Assembly (NCBI GenBank): GCA_051294375.1
Contig: CM119267.1
Coordinates: 23,398,284-23,458,615, forward strand
Direction of reading: 5' to 3'
DNA length: 60,332 bases
Source of the DNA: Paraspadella gotoi
Taxonomy: Eukaryota > Animalia > Chaetognatha
In this document: positions 36,174 to 46,359 of the stretch, in pieces
How the letters are laid out: each line of letters opens with the position of its first letter
Position numbering within the stretch: the stretch's first letter is position 1
The notes under the pieces: generated by a model
Seen by the model: the letters and a program-made list of their open reading frames with translations, nothing else
Databases searched by the model: none
Told to the model about the DNA's origin: nothing
Program-made: the position numbers and the translations under genes

Positions 36174-38276
36174 TTTAAACTATGGAGAGATTTTAGCGTC
36201 CCGCTCTCATCAAACAGTTGAAGAAATGTATTAAGTTTATTTCTTGTTAAATTTTAAGTCTCAACTAATCACATTCTGAGCTTAACAACACCAACCGAAT
36301 GCTCAATGCGTAGCAATTATGTTGAAGACTATAGCTTCTGACCATATGTGGGAACATACAAAATAATCCTACAAAATTATTGACAATAGTAGCTCCAAAT
36401 AAAAAAATAACTGTTTTTAAAAAATATTGTGTAGCTACATCCTAGAGGTATTTTTCTGTACAGAATATTTAAACTAATAAAATATATTCAAGAACTTATT
36501 CAAAAAGTTTGTTTTTATTTTGAACAACACAAATTTATTTAGCCATGAAAAATGGACATGTTAGGGCTTCAAATGTAAGCCTTCATCAGCGCAAAAGTGA
36601 ATTGAATTTGACAAATTATTTTCACAGAGTTTGAAGTTTAAAAAAACGAGAGAGAGAGCAGAGAAGAGAGCAAGTTTACCAACAAGAATTGAGAAAATGA
36701 ACAGTGAAGACTGAGAATAGGTATCTACAGGCTCGCAGGACATAGTGAGTGAAGGAGAGTGAAAGAGAAATGAAAATTTGGTAAGATTGCCAAAGTACAG
36801 TAAAAGACATTTAGTAATGTAAAGGAAAAATTAATATTGAAAATAGTAAACTGTAAATACATTTAGCAATGTAAAGGAAACATTAACATTAAAATAGTAA
36901 ACTATGAAAAATAACAATTAACTAAATTAATTTTTAGATTAATAGGAGAATGAAAAATGAAATATGAAAGATAAAGATAGAGAATAGGTAAAGAGAAAGT
37001 GGCATGTCATGGGTCATCTGGATTTTGAGTTGCGAGGTTGACAGATGATGTCATGTTGGGGTAAGGCAGAGATCCTTTCGGAAAAATTCCGGGGGCCACT
37101 CTAATATCCATCTGGCCTGTTATGCCTGCCGGCTGCCCTCTTGTTGCCTTACGGCCAGGTGGGCCAAGGTTTGTTCTTGGTGCTTTAGCATTGGGAATAA
37201 AAACAAACTATTCTCCTTTAATGCTACCAACGCAACGAAACGAAAGAAATAAGACAATGATACTTATTCATAATATTAATTATAGCATTAATAAATGAAG
37301 TAGCATATGATAAGAAAGTTGGGTAAATTTTATCTTGATTGATGCACTACTTCAGAAGTTAGCCTCTAGAAAGATCCAAAAATTATGCTCCACATGCTAT
37401 TAATATGAAAAAACTAAAAGTTATTTATTCAAAAAAACCTTTATCAGTTCCTTAAACACATTAGGTTCAATTTTTTATTAGTACAATGTGAGTAAGAAGC
37501 TCCACAGACTTTCTGGAGGCTTCCTCCATATGTTGGAGGATGTGGTCGAAATTTTGGAGTTAAAAAATCTATAATAAAAGGCTTTTACATTTATTCATTA
37601 ACGCAATTTCGTTTTAAAAGCTAAAGCCCTAAACGCATTGACATTTTTGATCAGGGTGCGCTCACACTTTCATAGATTATCTTTGCACAGACTGGTTGAT
37701 GGGTGAATAATCTTTATAAAATCTACGCCTCTACCACTATTTATGTACTTTAATCGATTCAAACAATGCTGCATGAGATTTTTTTCGTTTGGCAGCTGAT
37801 ATAACCACAATGAATGAGACCAACAGTTAAAATAACCGTTAAATTTATTTGTTGTTCTTGTATCCGATTTTTAGCCAACAATGTCCCTGAATTTCTTTAT
37901 CAAAAGTCAGAAGAAACTATAAAAAAAATGGTTATCATCATCGAATTCTTCAAACCTTAATACATTAAAAAATAATAATTAATGGAATTAAATATCTTAT
38001 GACTTATATTTTATTAGCTTTGAACGCTCTCATATTCAGTCATTATTTTCCCCTCTATTCTCCACTCTATCCATCCAAATCACGTGCCGTCTATCCATCC
38101 TTAGTATATATCCATCCGTTTATCCATCTATCCATTCGCCTCCGTCCATTCGTTCCCTTTTTCGTCCCTTTTTCCATTACTCATATTCAGTCGCGTCTGA
38201 ATTCGTCCGTGACCGTGACTTATTTGGGTCGCGATCTTTTCCTTTCTTCCCACGGAAACAGAGAGAGAGAGAGATA

Positions 38277-38312
<36 letters not shown>

Positions 38313-38494
38313 CTTTTCCTTTCCTTACCAAACCCTAACAGCGAGGGAAGGAAGAAAAGGGAAATTGATAAGAAAAGGAAGGAAGGATGAGGATTAAGCA
38401 CTATTTTCCGAAAACGCTCCATTTATATTTTTAATCTTAATTTTGACCTTAATATTTATCCTCTTTTTAAATGTACTTCATCCAATCCAATCAT

Positions 38495-38765
38495 TAACCT
38501 AATCCTTAACCCTAATCTTTAATTCCAATCCCTAATCCTTAACCCTAATCTTTAATTCCAATCCCTAATCTTTAACCCTAATATTTAATTCCAATCCCTC
38601 ATCCCTAATCCTTAACCCTAATCTTTAATTCCAATCCCTAATCCCTAATCCTTAACCCTAATCTTTAATTCCAATACCTAATCCTTAACCCTAATCTTTA
38701 ATTCCAATCCCTAATCCCTAACCTTATCTACTAACCCTAAACATTAAATTCTAATTCCTAACCAA
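38495..38765. repeat. Telomere-motif-containing minisatellite (TAACCCTAATCTTTAATTCCAATCCC...)
   Basis: About 7 units of 32-39 bp, each with TAACCC; related degenerate tracts at 40500-40690 and, inverted, 51440-51560. Confidence 0.75.
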
Positions 38766-38794
38766 TCCTTTTAAAAAACTTTAAAATAAGCTAT

Positions 38795-39028
38795 TGAAGA
38801 GACAGTAATTATTGATAAGTGTTAATGACAGAACCGTTCAATATAAGCAGTCCCTTAGCTTCGGATCAGGCTGTAACACCATGTTACAGGCGGGTTAAGC
38901 GCCCCGTCCCTCTTAACTGATAGACGACCACCGGGCTAGAACCCAGGACCTTTGGGTTGGGAGGCGAATGACTTGCCTCCGGCACCAATGGCCGCTGATG
39001 AACGGTTGGTGGATTTTAGTCCACCATA
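38795..39028 (-). mobile_element. Solo LTR of the tRNA-containing TRIM family with a 4-bp TSD
   Basis: Reverse complement of the LTR; flanked by CTAT at 38791-38794 and CTAT at 39029-39032; the terminal TG appears to be lost by a 2-nt deletion. Confidence 0.75.
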
Positions 39029-39531
39029 CTATCTTGTCCCTGACTTTGGATCGCCTACAGACTGTAGTACAGTAGGTTTTCTTACAAGAAATTGATAAAG
39101 CAAGGCCCTGCAAGCTTTCAATCAAGATTCTCTCTCAGTCTCGAGTCCCTGTCTTCACTATCAATAAAATCATATAATGTTTTATAAACTGTTTCAAATG
39201 TATAAAAGGACAACTTTTTAATTTAATTTAATTTATTTAGTGTTACTTATTTTTTATTTTCTTAGCCTTTTTTTCAGTTTTATCCTCGAAGTCATTTTTC
39301 TCTTTAAAAACTCGACGGTCCATTTGGGCAAAACTTTTTTTTTTGCCGCCATTTCCTTTTTTTCTACTTCCTTCCTTTTATTTTCTTTTCTTCTTTTTTT
39401 CTTTTCTCCCCTCTTTTTTTTTCCGAGGCGGCGTAATTCAGTCAAGGACGACCCTCGTTCCTCGTCTCTCTCTCTCTCTCTCTCTCGCGACATCGATTCA
39501 CTTTTCTATTTTCGGACGACCTCTCTCTTCT

Positions 39532-39655
<124 letters not shown>

Positions 39656-41261
39656 CACTCACAAATCGGCCGGAGAAAAGAGAAAGATTTTGCGGAGCAG
39701 CCAGTCCGCTTCTTTAACCCTTTTATCATTTTATGTAAAAATATTTTATGCAACATTGATTAAATATTTATCGAGGGTTAGTCAATGAAACCGGTCCCTT
39801 ATATTTACAAGGGGGTGGTATCGGGAATTAGTGTTGCTAAATATAGTAATAATGCCACTATTTCTTTTATTCCTTTTTGACGAGTAAATCAATCTCGATC
39901 CAAACCATGTCCCATTTATTTGCCACACCTTCTGATTTTTTAACAATACAAATTACAAAGTCTAATTGAATGCAGACACAGCTATGCTACCTTTTTTTTG
40001 GCAGCCAATTGTTAGTATGTAAGTTGTCTTTTTCTTCTTTTTTTTTTCTTATTTTAACTATTAAGTCAGACTTTTTCTCTGCATATAAATATTGAGAACA
40101 GACTGCAATTTAAAGTATTTTTTCCCTTTGTTTTTAGTTCGTCTGTCCATCTGTCTGGCTGACTATCTCTCTGTCTCTCTCCCTCCCTCTTTGTCTGAGC
40201 TCTTTCAATTCACCGCCGATCTTTTTCAAGTCTCCCGCCACCTAGTGTCTCTGCGACTAAAACAAAAGATAAAAAACAAAAGACCAAACTCATTTCTTTT
40301 TCTCGAGGGTCAATGTTCAGTTTTCTTTTTCGACGGTAATTTCGACCTCCGCCCTTCAGCCGGACTTAATTGTATAATCCTCGAGCATCGGGGTCGACCT
40401 CTCTCGATTGAAGCGATTCAAAAATACGGGCTCTCTTTTCCAAGAGTGCGCAATTTCTTTTTTTTATCCCAATTTTTACTTTAATATTTACTCTTAAAAC
40501 GTACTTAAACTTATAATCTTATCTCTAACCCTAACCCATAACTTAATCGTCAACTATTAATCTTTAATTTTTAACCCAAACCTCTAACCCTGAATCCTTG
40601 TCACTCACCCAAATCCCTAACCCTTAATCCTTATCCTTAATCATTAACCTGATCCCTAACGTAATCCTTAACCCTAACCTTTAACCTAATCAATCTAATT
40701 CAGAATTTGAGATGAAACGGGACGTTTTGGGAAAAATGGGCCAAACTTACGCTCGTTCGTAAACTATTACTTCTTCGACATTGTACAATTATTGTAAACG
40801 ATTTTTCAGTAGGCGGGACCCGAAGTCGCTTTTGTTAAAATCGATAAATAAATCCGCGAAATCAGACTTATTTGTTAATTGTTCGTACATATAGTTTACA
40901 GTATTTTCTCGTTCGTTTAAAAAAAAACAAAAAAAAAAAAAAACAACAACAAAAAGACTAGCCGTTCGTCTTGAGTCTTTGATGAGCGCCTTTTAACTTT
41001 TAACTTTTTATTCTTTTGTCCTGAAAAGATCGAGTATCGTTTTTTTTTTGTTTTTTTTTGCGGTGGCGGCGAGGAGAGGGGAGAGTGATCGGCTTCGCTG
41101 TCAAAAAGGTTGTCTTGGTTTAAACTGTAATAATCTTTTTGATCTGCCATCCGTCTCTCTCCCGTACTATAGAGAAAACAAAAAATCAGTTAAGAAAATA
41201 TCCCCAAATATCCCCAAATTTTCTGGGGGTTTTTTTTTTTCGATCGCCTCATGCAACTAAA

Positions 41262-44200
41262 ATGAAGTTCTTCTTAATTTTTATAATCCTGTTTCTCGCG
41301 AACTCGCACCTCGTGGCTCAAGGCAAGCCCACGGCGAATGGAAAGTCACTACCACTACAATTTTCCAAATATTTTCTTTCTAAAAAGACCGCCACGGCAT
41401 TCCGAAGGCGAGGAGGTTGCGGCGAGAGCCTTCGGAAAGACTTGCGGCACAAATGCTGCGAGGGAAACGGTTGCTCCTGGGAAGAAAGAGCCGAGTTGTC
41501 GAAAAGTTGCGGGTGGCATCGCACGGCCGAGGTCACGTGCGAATTGTCGCTGAGAGAAGACGACAGGAGATGTCGATGCGACGGCAGCAGGTGCCATGCT
41601 AAAGACGTCACCGACAGGTGCCGATGCGGCCGCGGGAAATTTTGGTGCTGGATCGGAACCAAATGCGTTTACGACAGCAACAAGTGCGACAGCAACAACG
41701 ATTGCGGCAACTGGAGGGACGAGAAAGGCTGCAGCATCCCGTCTGGACTCAGCGTCGCGCTGCAAGGCGGAATTCCCGGAGTGGCGGGAAACGTTTTGAT
41801 TGGAGGACGACCCGTATGCGACGATGGGTGGAACGACAAGGCCGCTCGCGTGATCTGCCGGAGATTAGGATTCTCCGATCGAACCGAGGCGATCGCTCGT
41901 TCAAACAGCTTCTTCGGATCGGTCTCCACGGATTTTCGAATGGACGACGTTCGTTGCCAAGGTAACGAGCGCGATTTGAGTTCTTGCGATCACGTGACGA
42001 GCAACAATTGTGGCAGCAGAGAAGGAGCGGGGGTCGAATGCGTGGATCCTCTGACGCTGACAATGAAATCTGGTCATCGGAAGAGAGAAGGTTTTGTTTA
42101 TTTGGGTCGATACTCGGTTTGCCTGCACAATTGGAACAGCAGAGCCAGCCGGGTCGTTTGCAATCAGCTCTACCGGTCAGAGTTTCCAAATTCCGGCGAC
42201 GTTCCGGTCTACGGCGAAGATGGATTTTCCTTCGATTTGGGCGACGAATTCGTCGTCAACAGTTTGTTCTGCACCGGAAGCGAAGAGTTTTTGACGAAAT
42301 GTTCCGGGTTCGCGACGAACAGAAAGCAGAGTTGCGTCGGAGGAAGAAAGGCAAAGCTTCTATGCGCGAGATGTTTGAGCAGCGAATTGATCGCCATCTT
42401 GGGACGAATTCAAGTGTCCAATGAAATCCACGACATTGAGTCGTCGATCGAGAAAGCGTTGAAATCATTGGTCGAGTCGTGTCACCCTTGGAACTGTCGG
42501 ACATATGCCCCGTCTCATCCGTGGTATTGCAAGATCAAGTCGGCGTTGGAAGACCTAAAGTTCGTTCTGCAAAACGGAAGGCGAGAGTTCCTGTTGACCA
42601 ACAATTTCCTCGCCGTCGATCTGTTGAAGCGAAGGATCGTGGCGAACGATTTGACGGGTCTGATGAACAGTCTCGATGGGTTGAAGGATCACGTGACCGA
42701 TTTTCAAAAGGAGTTGGCGGAATACTTCGTGGATTCGGTCGAGTTTCAGACGGCGAAGCTGAACTCGGAAATTCGAGATTTGTCGACGCTGTTCCGGGAA
42801 AAAGTTAAGTTTAAGAACGAGCAGGAGGAAATTTTCATGTTTATAGTCGATGTTTTAATCGAAGCGAGTTCATTTCACAATCTCGCGGAGAAGGTTCAGC
42901 CGGTTATCGATTTGGCTTTGAGCATCTCTCGCTCTCTTTTCGATCCAGACACGTTTTTAGAAGTTGAAGAGAAACTGGCCGCCATCGTTAAAATGGAAAG
43001 GGTCCATTTTTTGGTTAAACTTTTGCCCAAATTTGTGAAAACTTGCGAAAGAATAGTGAAAGAAATGAAGACGAAGCGGACAGGATTTAAAGCTTTCGCA
43101 GAGTTTTTGAAAAACGGGGAAAAAGGTTTCACTCACGAAAAGGCTCGTATCTTTTTGACGTTAAAGTTAAAGAGTCCCTATGAGCAGGAAGATCTCGACG
43201 ACATGAAGTCTCATTTGGAAGTTTTCGTCGATGGAATTTGCGCCTTAATTTTTGAGACTAAATCTAAAGAAAGTGAAAAAGTAAGAGAGAAAGTAGCTAA
43301 ATCTGATTATTGCCTAAAAGCCAAGTCGGACGCCGCCAGGCTCATAACCTATCACGAAAAGCTCCATCAAGGTTATCTGGATCAGGCCGGATATCTGAAT
43401 GACTTTGCTAGATCCAAGCTGCAAGCTCGTTTGACTCAAGGAATCGCATCGAGCTTGGCGATTTCGTTGGGAAACAACGTACAAGTTGAGATGATAAAAT
43501 TACTATCAGCGTCGATTTTGCGTCTCGAGAAAAAACAGCTGATCAAGCAAGCTTGCAACGCGATGACGTACATAAATCGTGGCGAGGAATTTCCCGCTTG
43601 TTCAACCCTGAAAACCAACGTGGACGCAAATCTCGACCCCGTTCTTTTGTTCGACTTCGAAAACGACATCTGTCGGGATTCGAGTTACGTTCAAAAATAC
43701 GTCAACATTCCTTTGTCGATCACCGAATTCGGGACGAAAGTATACGGTGTCTCTATAAATTTGACTCGAGTCTTCGCGGATCCAACTAAAGAGGGCCACG
43801 TGATCGTGGACATTGCCGACGTGGATTGGTTGATCAAAAACGGATGGTTGGATGCCGAATTAGCGGGAGAAAAGGGTCCGTTTTATCTCAAGAGCCTCGA
43901 GGTCATTCCGCCTCCGGTTTTTAAAAATAAACAATTTAAATTTTCTCTCGATTTTCAAATCATCACTAATCGAGTCGGATCGACGGTCCAAGATTTTCAA
44001 GACAGACTCGTCGCCGGTACGGACGTCCTGATGAACGGACATTGCGGCGACGAGGCCAGACCTAGTCCGTACGATCTGCCGAGCTGTCCGACCAACGGGC
44101 TCGTCTGTAGCAAGTCGACGAGCGAGCTCGTCGGTCCGATGTACCCTAGTCTCCTGGGATCTACGGTGAGCTTCTCTTTTCGGCTCGATAGGCCCGTGGA

Positions 44201-44459
44201 TCTTTCGGAGATTCCGCGTCCGACGGTTCCACTTCTTCTCAAAACGAAGATGGAATTATGTTTCGATCGACGGAGGGAAAACAAAAGGGCAAAGGCCGAG
44301 AGAGCAAAGGGATCGAAATCTGGAATTTGTTGCGGCATCAACGGGCGGGAATACTTAAAGGGCGAAAACGGCCGTCATGGGACGTGTCAAGCTTGTCCGG
44401 GTGGGTCGGTGTCCGCGCTGCACGGTTACTATTGCCAAGAGAAATGGTTCAACGGGTGA
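41262..44459 (+). CDS. Secreted 1065-aa multidomain protein: Cys-rich N-terminal module, LDLa, 2x SRCR, large unassigned C-terminal region
   Basis: Uninterrupted ORF; ATG at 41262 starts signal peptide MKFFLIFIILFLANSHLVAQG. LDLa CGRGKFWCWIGTKCVYDSNKCDSNNDCGNWRDEKGC (41625-41732). SRCR1 with VCDDGWNDKAARVICRRLGF...MDDVRCQGNE...NCGSREGAGVEC (41754-42041). Divergent SRCR2 (about 42051-42365). Cys-rich tail CQACPGGS...GYYC. Confidence 0.92.
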   Translation: MKFFLIFIILFLANSHLVAQGKPTANGKSLPLQFSKYFLSKKTATAFRRRGGCGESLRKDLRHKCCEGNGCSWEERAELSKSCGWHRTAEVTCELSLREDDRRCRCDGSRCHAKDVTDRCRCGRGKFWCWIGTKCVYDSNKCDSNNDCGNWRDEKGCSIPSGLSVALQGGIPGVAGNVLIGGRPVCDDGWNDKAARVICRRLGFSDRTEAIARSNSFFGSVSTDFRMDDVRCQGNERDLSSCDHVTSNNCGSREGAGVECVDPLTLTMKSGHRKREGFVYLGRYSVCLHNWNSRASRVVCNQLYRSEFPNSGDVPVYGEDGFSFDLGDEFVVNSLFCTGSEEFLTKCSGFATNRKQSCVGGRKAKLLCARCLSSELIAILGRIQVSNEIHDIESSIEKALKSLVESCHPWNCRTYAPSHPWYCKIKSALEDLKFVLQNGRREFLLTNNFLAVDLLKRRIVANDLTGLMNSLDGLKDHVTDFQKELAEYFVDSVEFQTAKLNSEIRDLSTLFREKVKFKNEQEEIFMFIVDVLIEASSFHNLAEKVQPVIDLALSISRSLFDPDTFLEVEEKLAAIVKMERVHFLVKLLPKFVKTCERIVKEMKTKRTGFKAFAEFLKNGEKGFTHEKARIFLTLKLKSPYEQEDLDDMKSHLEVFVDGICALIFETKSKESEKVREKVAKSDYCLKAKSDAARLITYHEKLHQGYLDQAGYLNDFARSKLQARLTQGIASSLAISLGNNVQVEMIKLLSASILRLEKKQLIKQACNAMTYINRGEEFPACSTLKTNVDANLDPVLLFDFENDICRDSSYVQKYVNIPLSITEFGTKVYGVSINLTRVFADPTKEGHVIVDIADVDWLIKNGWLDAELAGEKGPFYLKSLEVIPPPVFKNKQFKFSLDFQIITNRVGSTVQDFQDRLVAGTDVLMNGHCGDEARPSPYDLPSCPTNGLVCSKSTSELVGPMYPSLLGSTVSFSFRLDRPVDLSEIPRPTVPLLLKTKMELCFDRRRENKRAKAERAKGSKSGICCGINGREYLKGENGRHGTCQACPGGSVSALHGYYCQEKWFNG

Positions 44460-44879
44460 TTCGTTAGAGAGATTATTTATATAACGTAATTTGTGGGATT
44501 TGCGAATGAATTGATGTACACGTTTAAATTAAATTATAAATTAAATTACATTTAACAAAATTATTAAAGCTTATTGGATCTTTGGCATTTTTCACCCGTT
44601 CTTGCAGCAAAATGTAATATAGTATGTAATACGTATATTATTTGATTGATGCTTAATGCTTATGTTATTCGTTTCGTTTTATGATCAATTTATTGAAAAT
44701 TTTGGTGAAATTGACATTTAATTCCAGAAGCAAGGTAATTTCGTATGTATGTTTAAATATTTAAACTCTACTAAAAATTGTGAAAATAGTCTCTCAAATT
44801 AAACTTTAGAAGCCTTTTGCTACTTCTTGAGTATTTCAATATTTTTATTTCAATTAGCTGATTTAACTTTTAAGTTTTT

Positions 44880-45201
44880 AGCTGGATTACAGCAGATTCG
44901 ATGGAATCGTAAAACAAACAATCTATTTCCCTATTATGATTTTGATTTTGTTTTGTTCTTTTTATATTAAATGTAAATTAAAGCTGAATTAATTAAGTAT
45001 AATAAATTAATTAATTAATTTTGTGATAGAGATTGTTGTTTTGTGATTGAGAGGTGAGACAAAGTGGAAAACGATTTTGACGCAAATTTTAAAAAAAATT
45101 AATTAATTTTTTCACTAAATTTTTCGCTAATTTTTTTTTCTAATCAGATGCTTACCACTAATGATCCTGGGCAGATCCGCCATTGTTTGCTGAAACTTGT
45201 T
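44880..45201 (+). mobile_element. HINE-like family A 3' fragment
   Basis: GGGCAGATCCGCCATTGTTTGCTGAAACTTGTT at 45169-45201, preceded by sequence similar to the family interior. Confidence 0.5.
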
Positions 45202-45741
45202 GTTATGCGACTAATTTCAACCGATAATCACTTTTGTTCTCACTTACCAACTCTGCTTACCCACTTAACGCCTTCATGACAGCTTCTCCCCCCTCCGCCC
45301 CCCTAACCCATTTTTCATTATCCACCTCACCTTCTGGGCCTCTGGCATTTCCTTACCTTTTTTTCCATCTCTCAGACCCGGAAACCAGTTGACCTCAATT
45401 TCTGTCTTCGCCAACGAAAAAAAAAAAGAAGAAAAAAACATTTTCTTTATAAAAAAAATAGAAAAAGATTCTTTCCTTTCTGTCTTGGCTTTAAAGGCCT
45501 GCAAAGGGCCCTATTGGTTGTTATATGTATGGAAAAGTAAGAATTATTTAGTTTTTAATTATAGTAAAGTTCTTTTTCGATTGTAATAAAAGTTAGTTAT
45601 GTTGATAGACTGCCTAACGTTAAGTTTTTGGCTGAGGGCGGGACGATAAATTCGCTTACTGTAAAGTATAAATAAATAATAAATCATAATATAATCGAAT
45701 TTCGATGTCATAACGAAAAAAAATTTCTTCTTTCCATATCT

Positions 45742-45784
<43 letters not shown>

Positions 45785-46359
45785 ATCTCTCTCTCTCTAT
45801 CTCTATTCTTGCTCAAGGCGAAAATTCGCAAATGAAAACTTCCGACTGAATCTTTTTTTAAAAAAACGAATCAACAGAAACTAATTTCATTTGACGAAAT
45901 AAATTGAAAATTAATTTCAAATTCGATAGATATTTTACTTTAGGCTTAGCTCGCGAAATAGTAAACAGTGTTTATAAAATATTGAAATATATATTGTGAT
46001 ATAACTAAAGTATTAATTGATTAAATTATTTATCGCTCTAGTAATTCGATAAGATTAATCTAGAGCTTGACTTACCTCGCGATGTTCGGATCACAAACAT
46101 AAACAAATACAGGATATAACGGCGCCTGTGATTTTTTTTTATCAAACGAATAAATATTATTCTCTTTTTTTCTTATTTTTAAATATTTTTTATGTTTTTT
46201 CCCTTTCATGCCGGCTCAATTCTATTTCCCAGTCTCGGGTCCTGCATATTCACGCTTAACATTTTATTCTACAGTATGAGCGTCGATTCTTCTACATATG
46301 TACACTTGTACTGTATTTGTGTTCGAATTAAGATTCATTCGGACGCGCGGATTGCCAAC

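Larger units (their letters stand above)
28980..37215. repeat. Two divergent copies of one segment (28980-32091 and 32117-37215) flanking a 25-N gap
   Basis: Both begin ACAAAGTGAGTT and end AAACAAACTATTCTC; they differ by many 1-nt indels. Copy A has extra sequence at about 30300-31230; copy B has a ~2.9-kb insertion at 33650-36569. Confidence 0.8.

Noticed and set aside
37500-37570. YVGGCGRNFG as the missing next exon of the receptor head domain
   Set aside because: Poor acceptor context, no donor, and the stretch resembles repeat sequence at 33727-33746.
38495-38765. True telomere or chromosome fusion site
   Set aside because: Units are 32-39 bp with single TAACCC motifs, not (TTAGGG)n arrays, and there is no head-to-head junction.
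41139-41261. N-terminal extension of the 1106-aa ORF in the track
   Set aside because: Starts at TTG; the ATG at 41262 directly precedes a clear signal peptide.
41318-44467. Many short overlapping and antisense ORFs within the SRCR gene
   Set aside because: Expected shadows of a GC-richer coding region.
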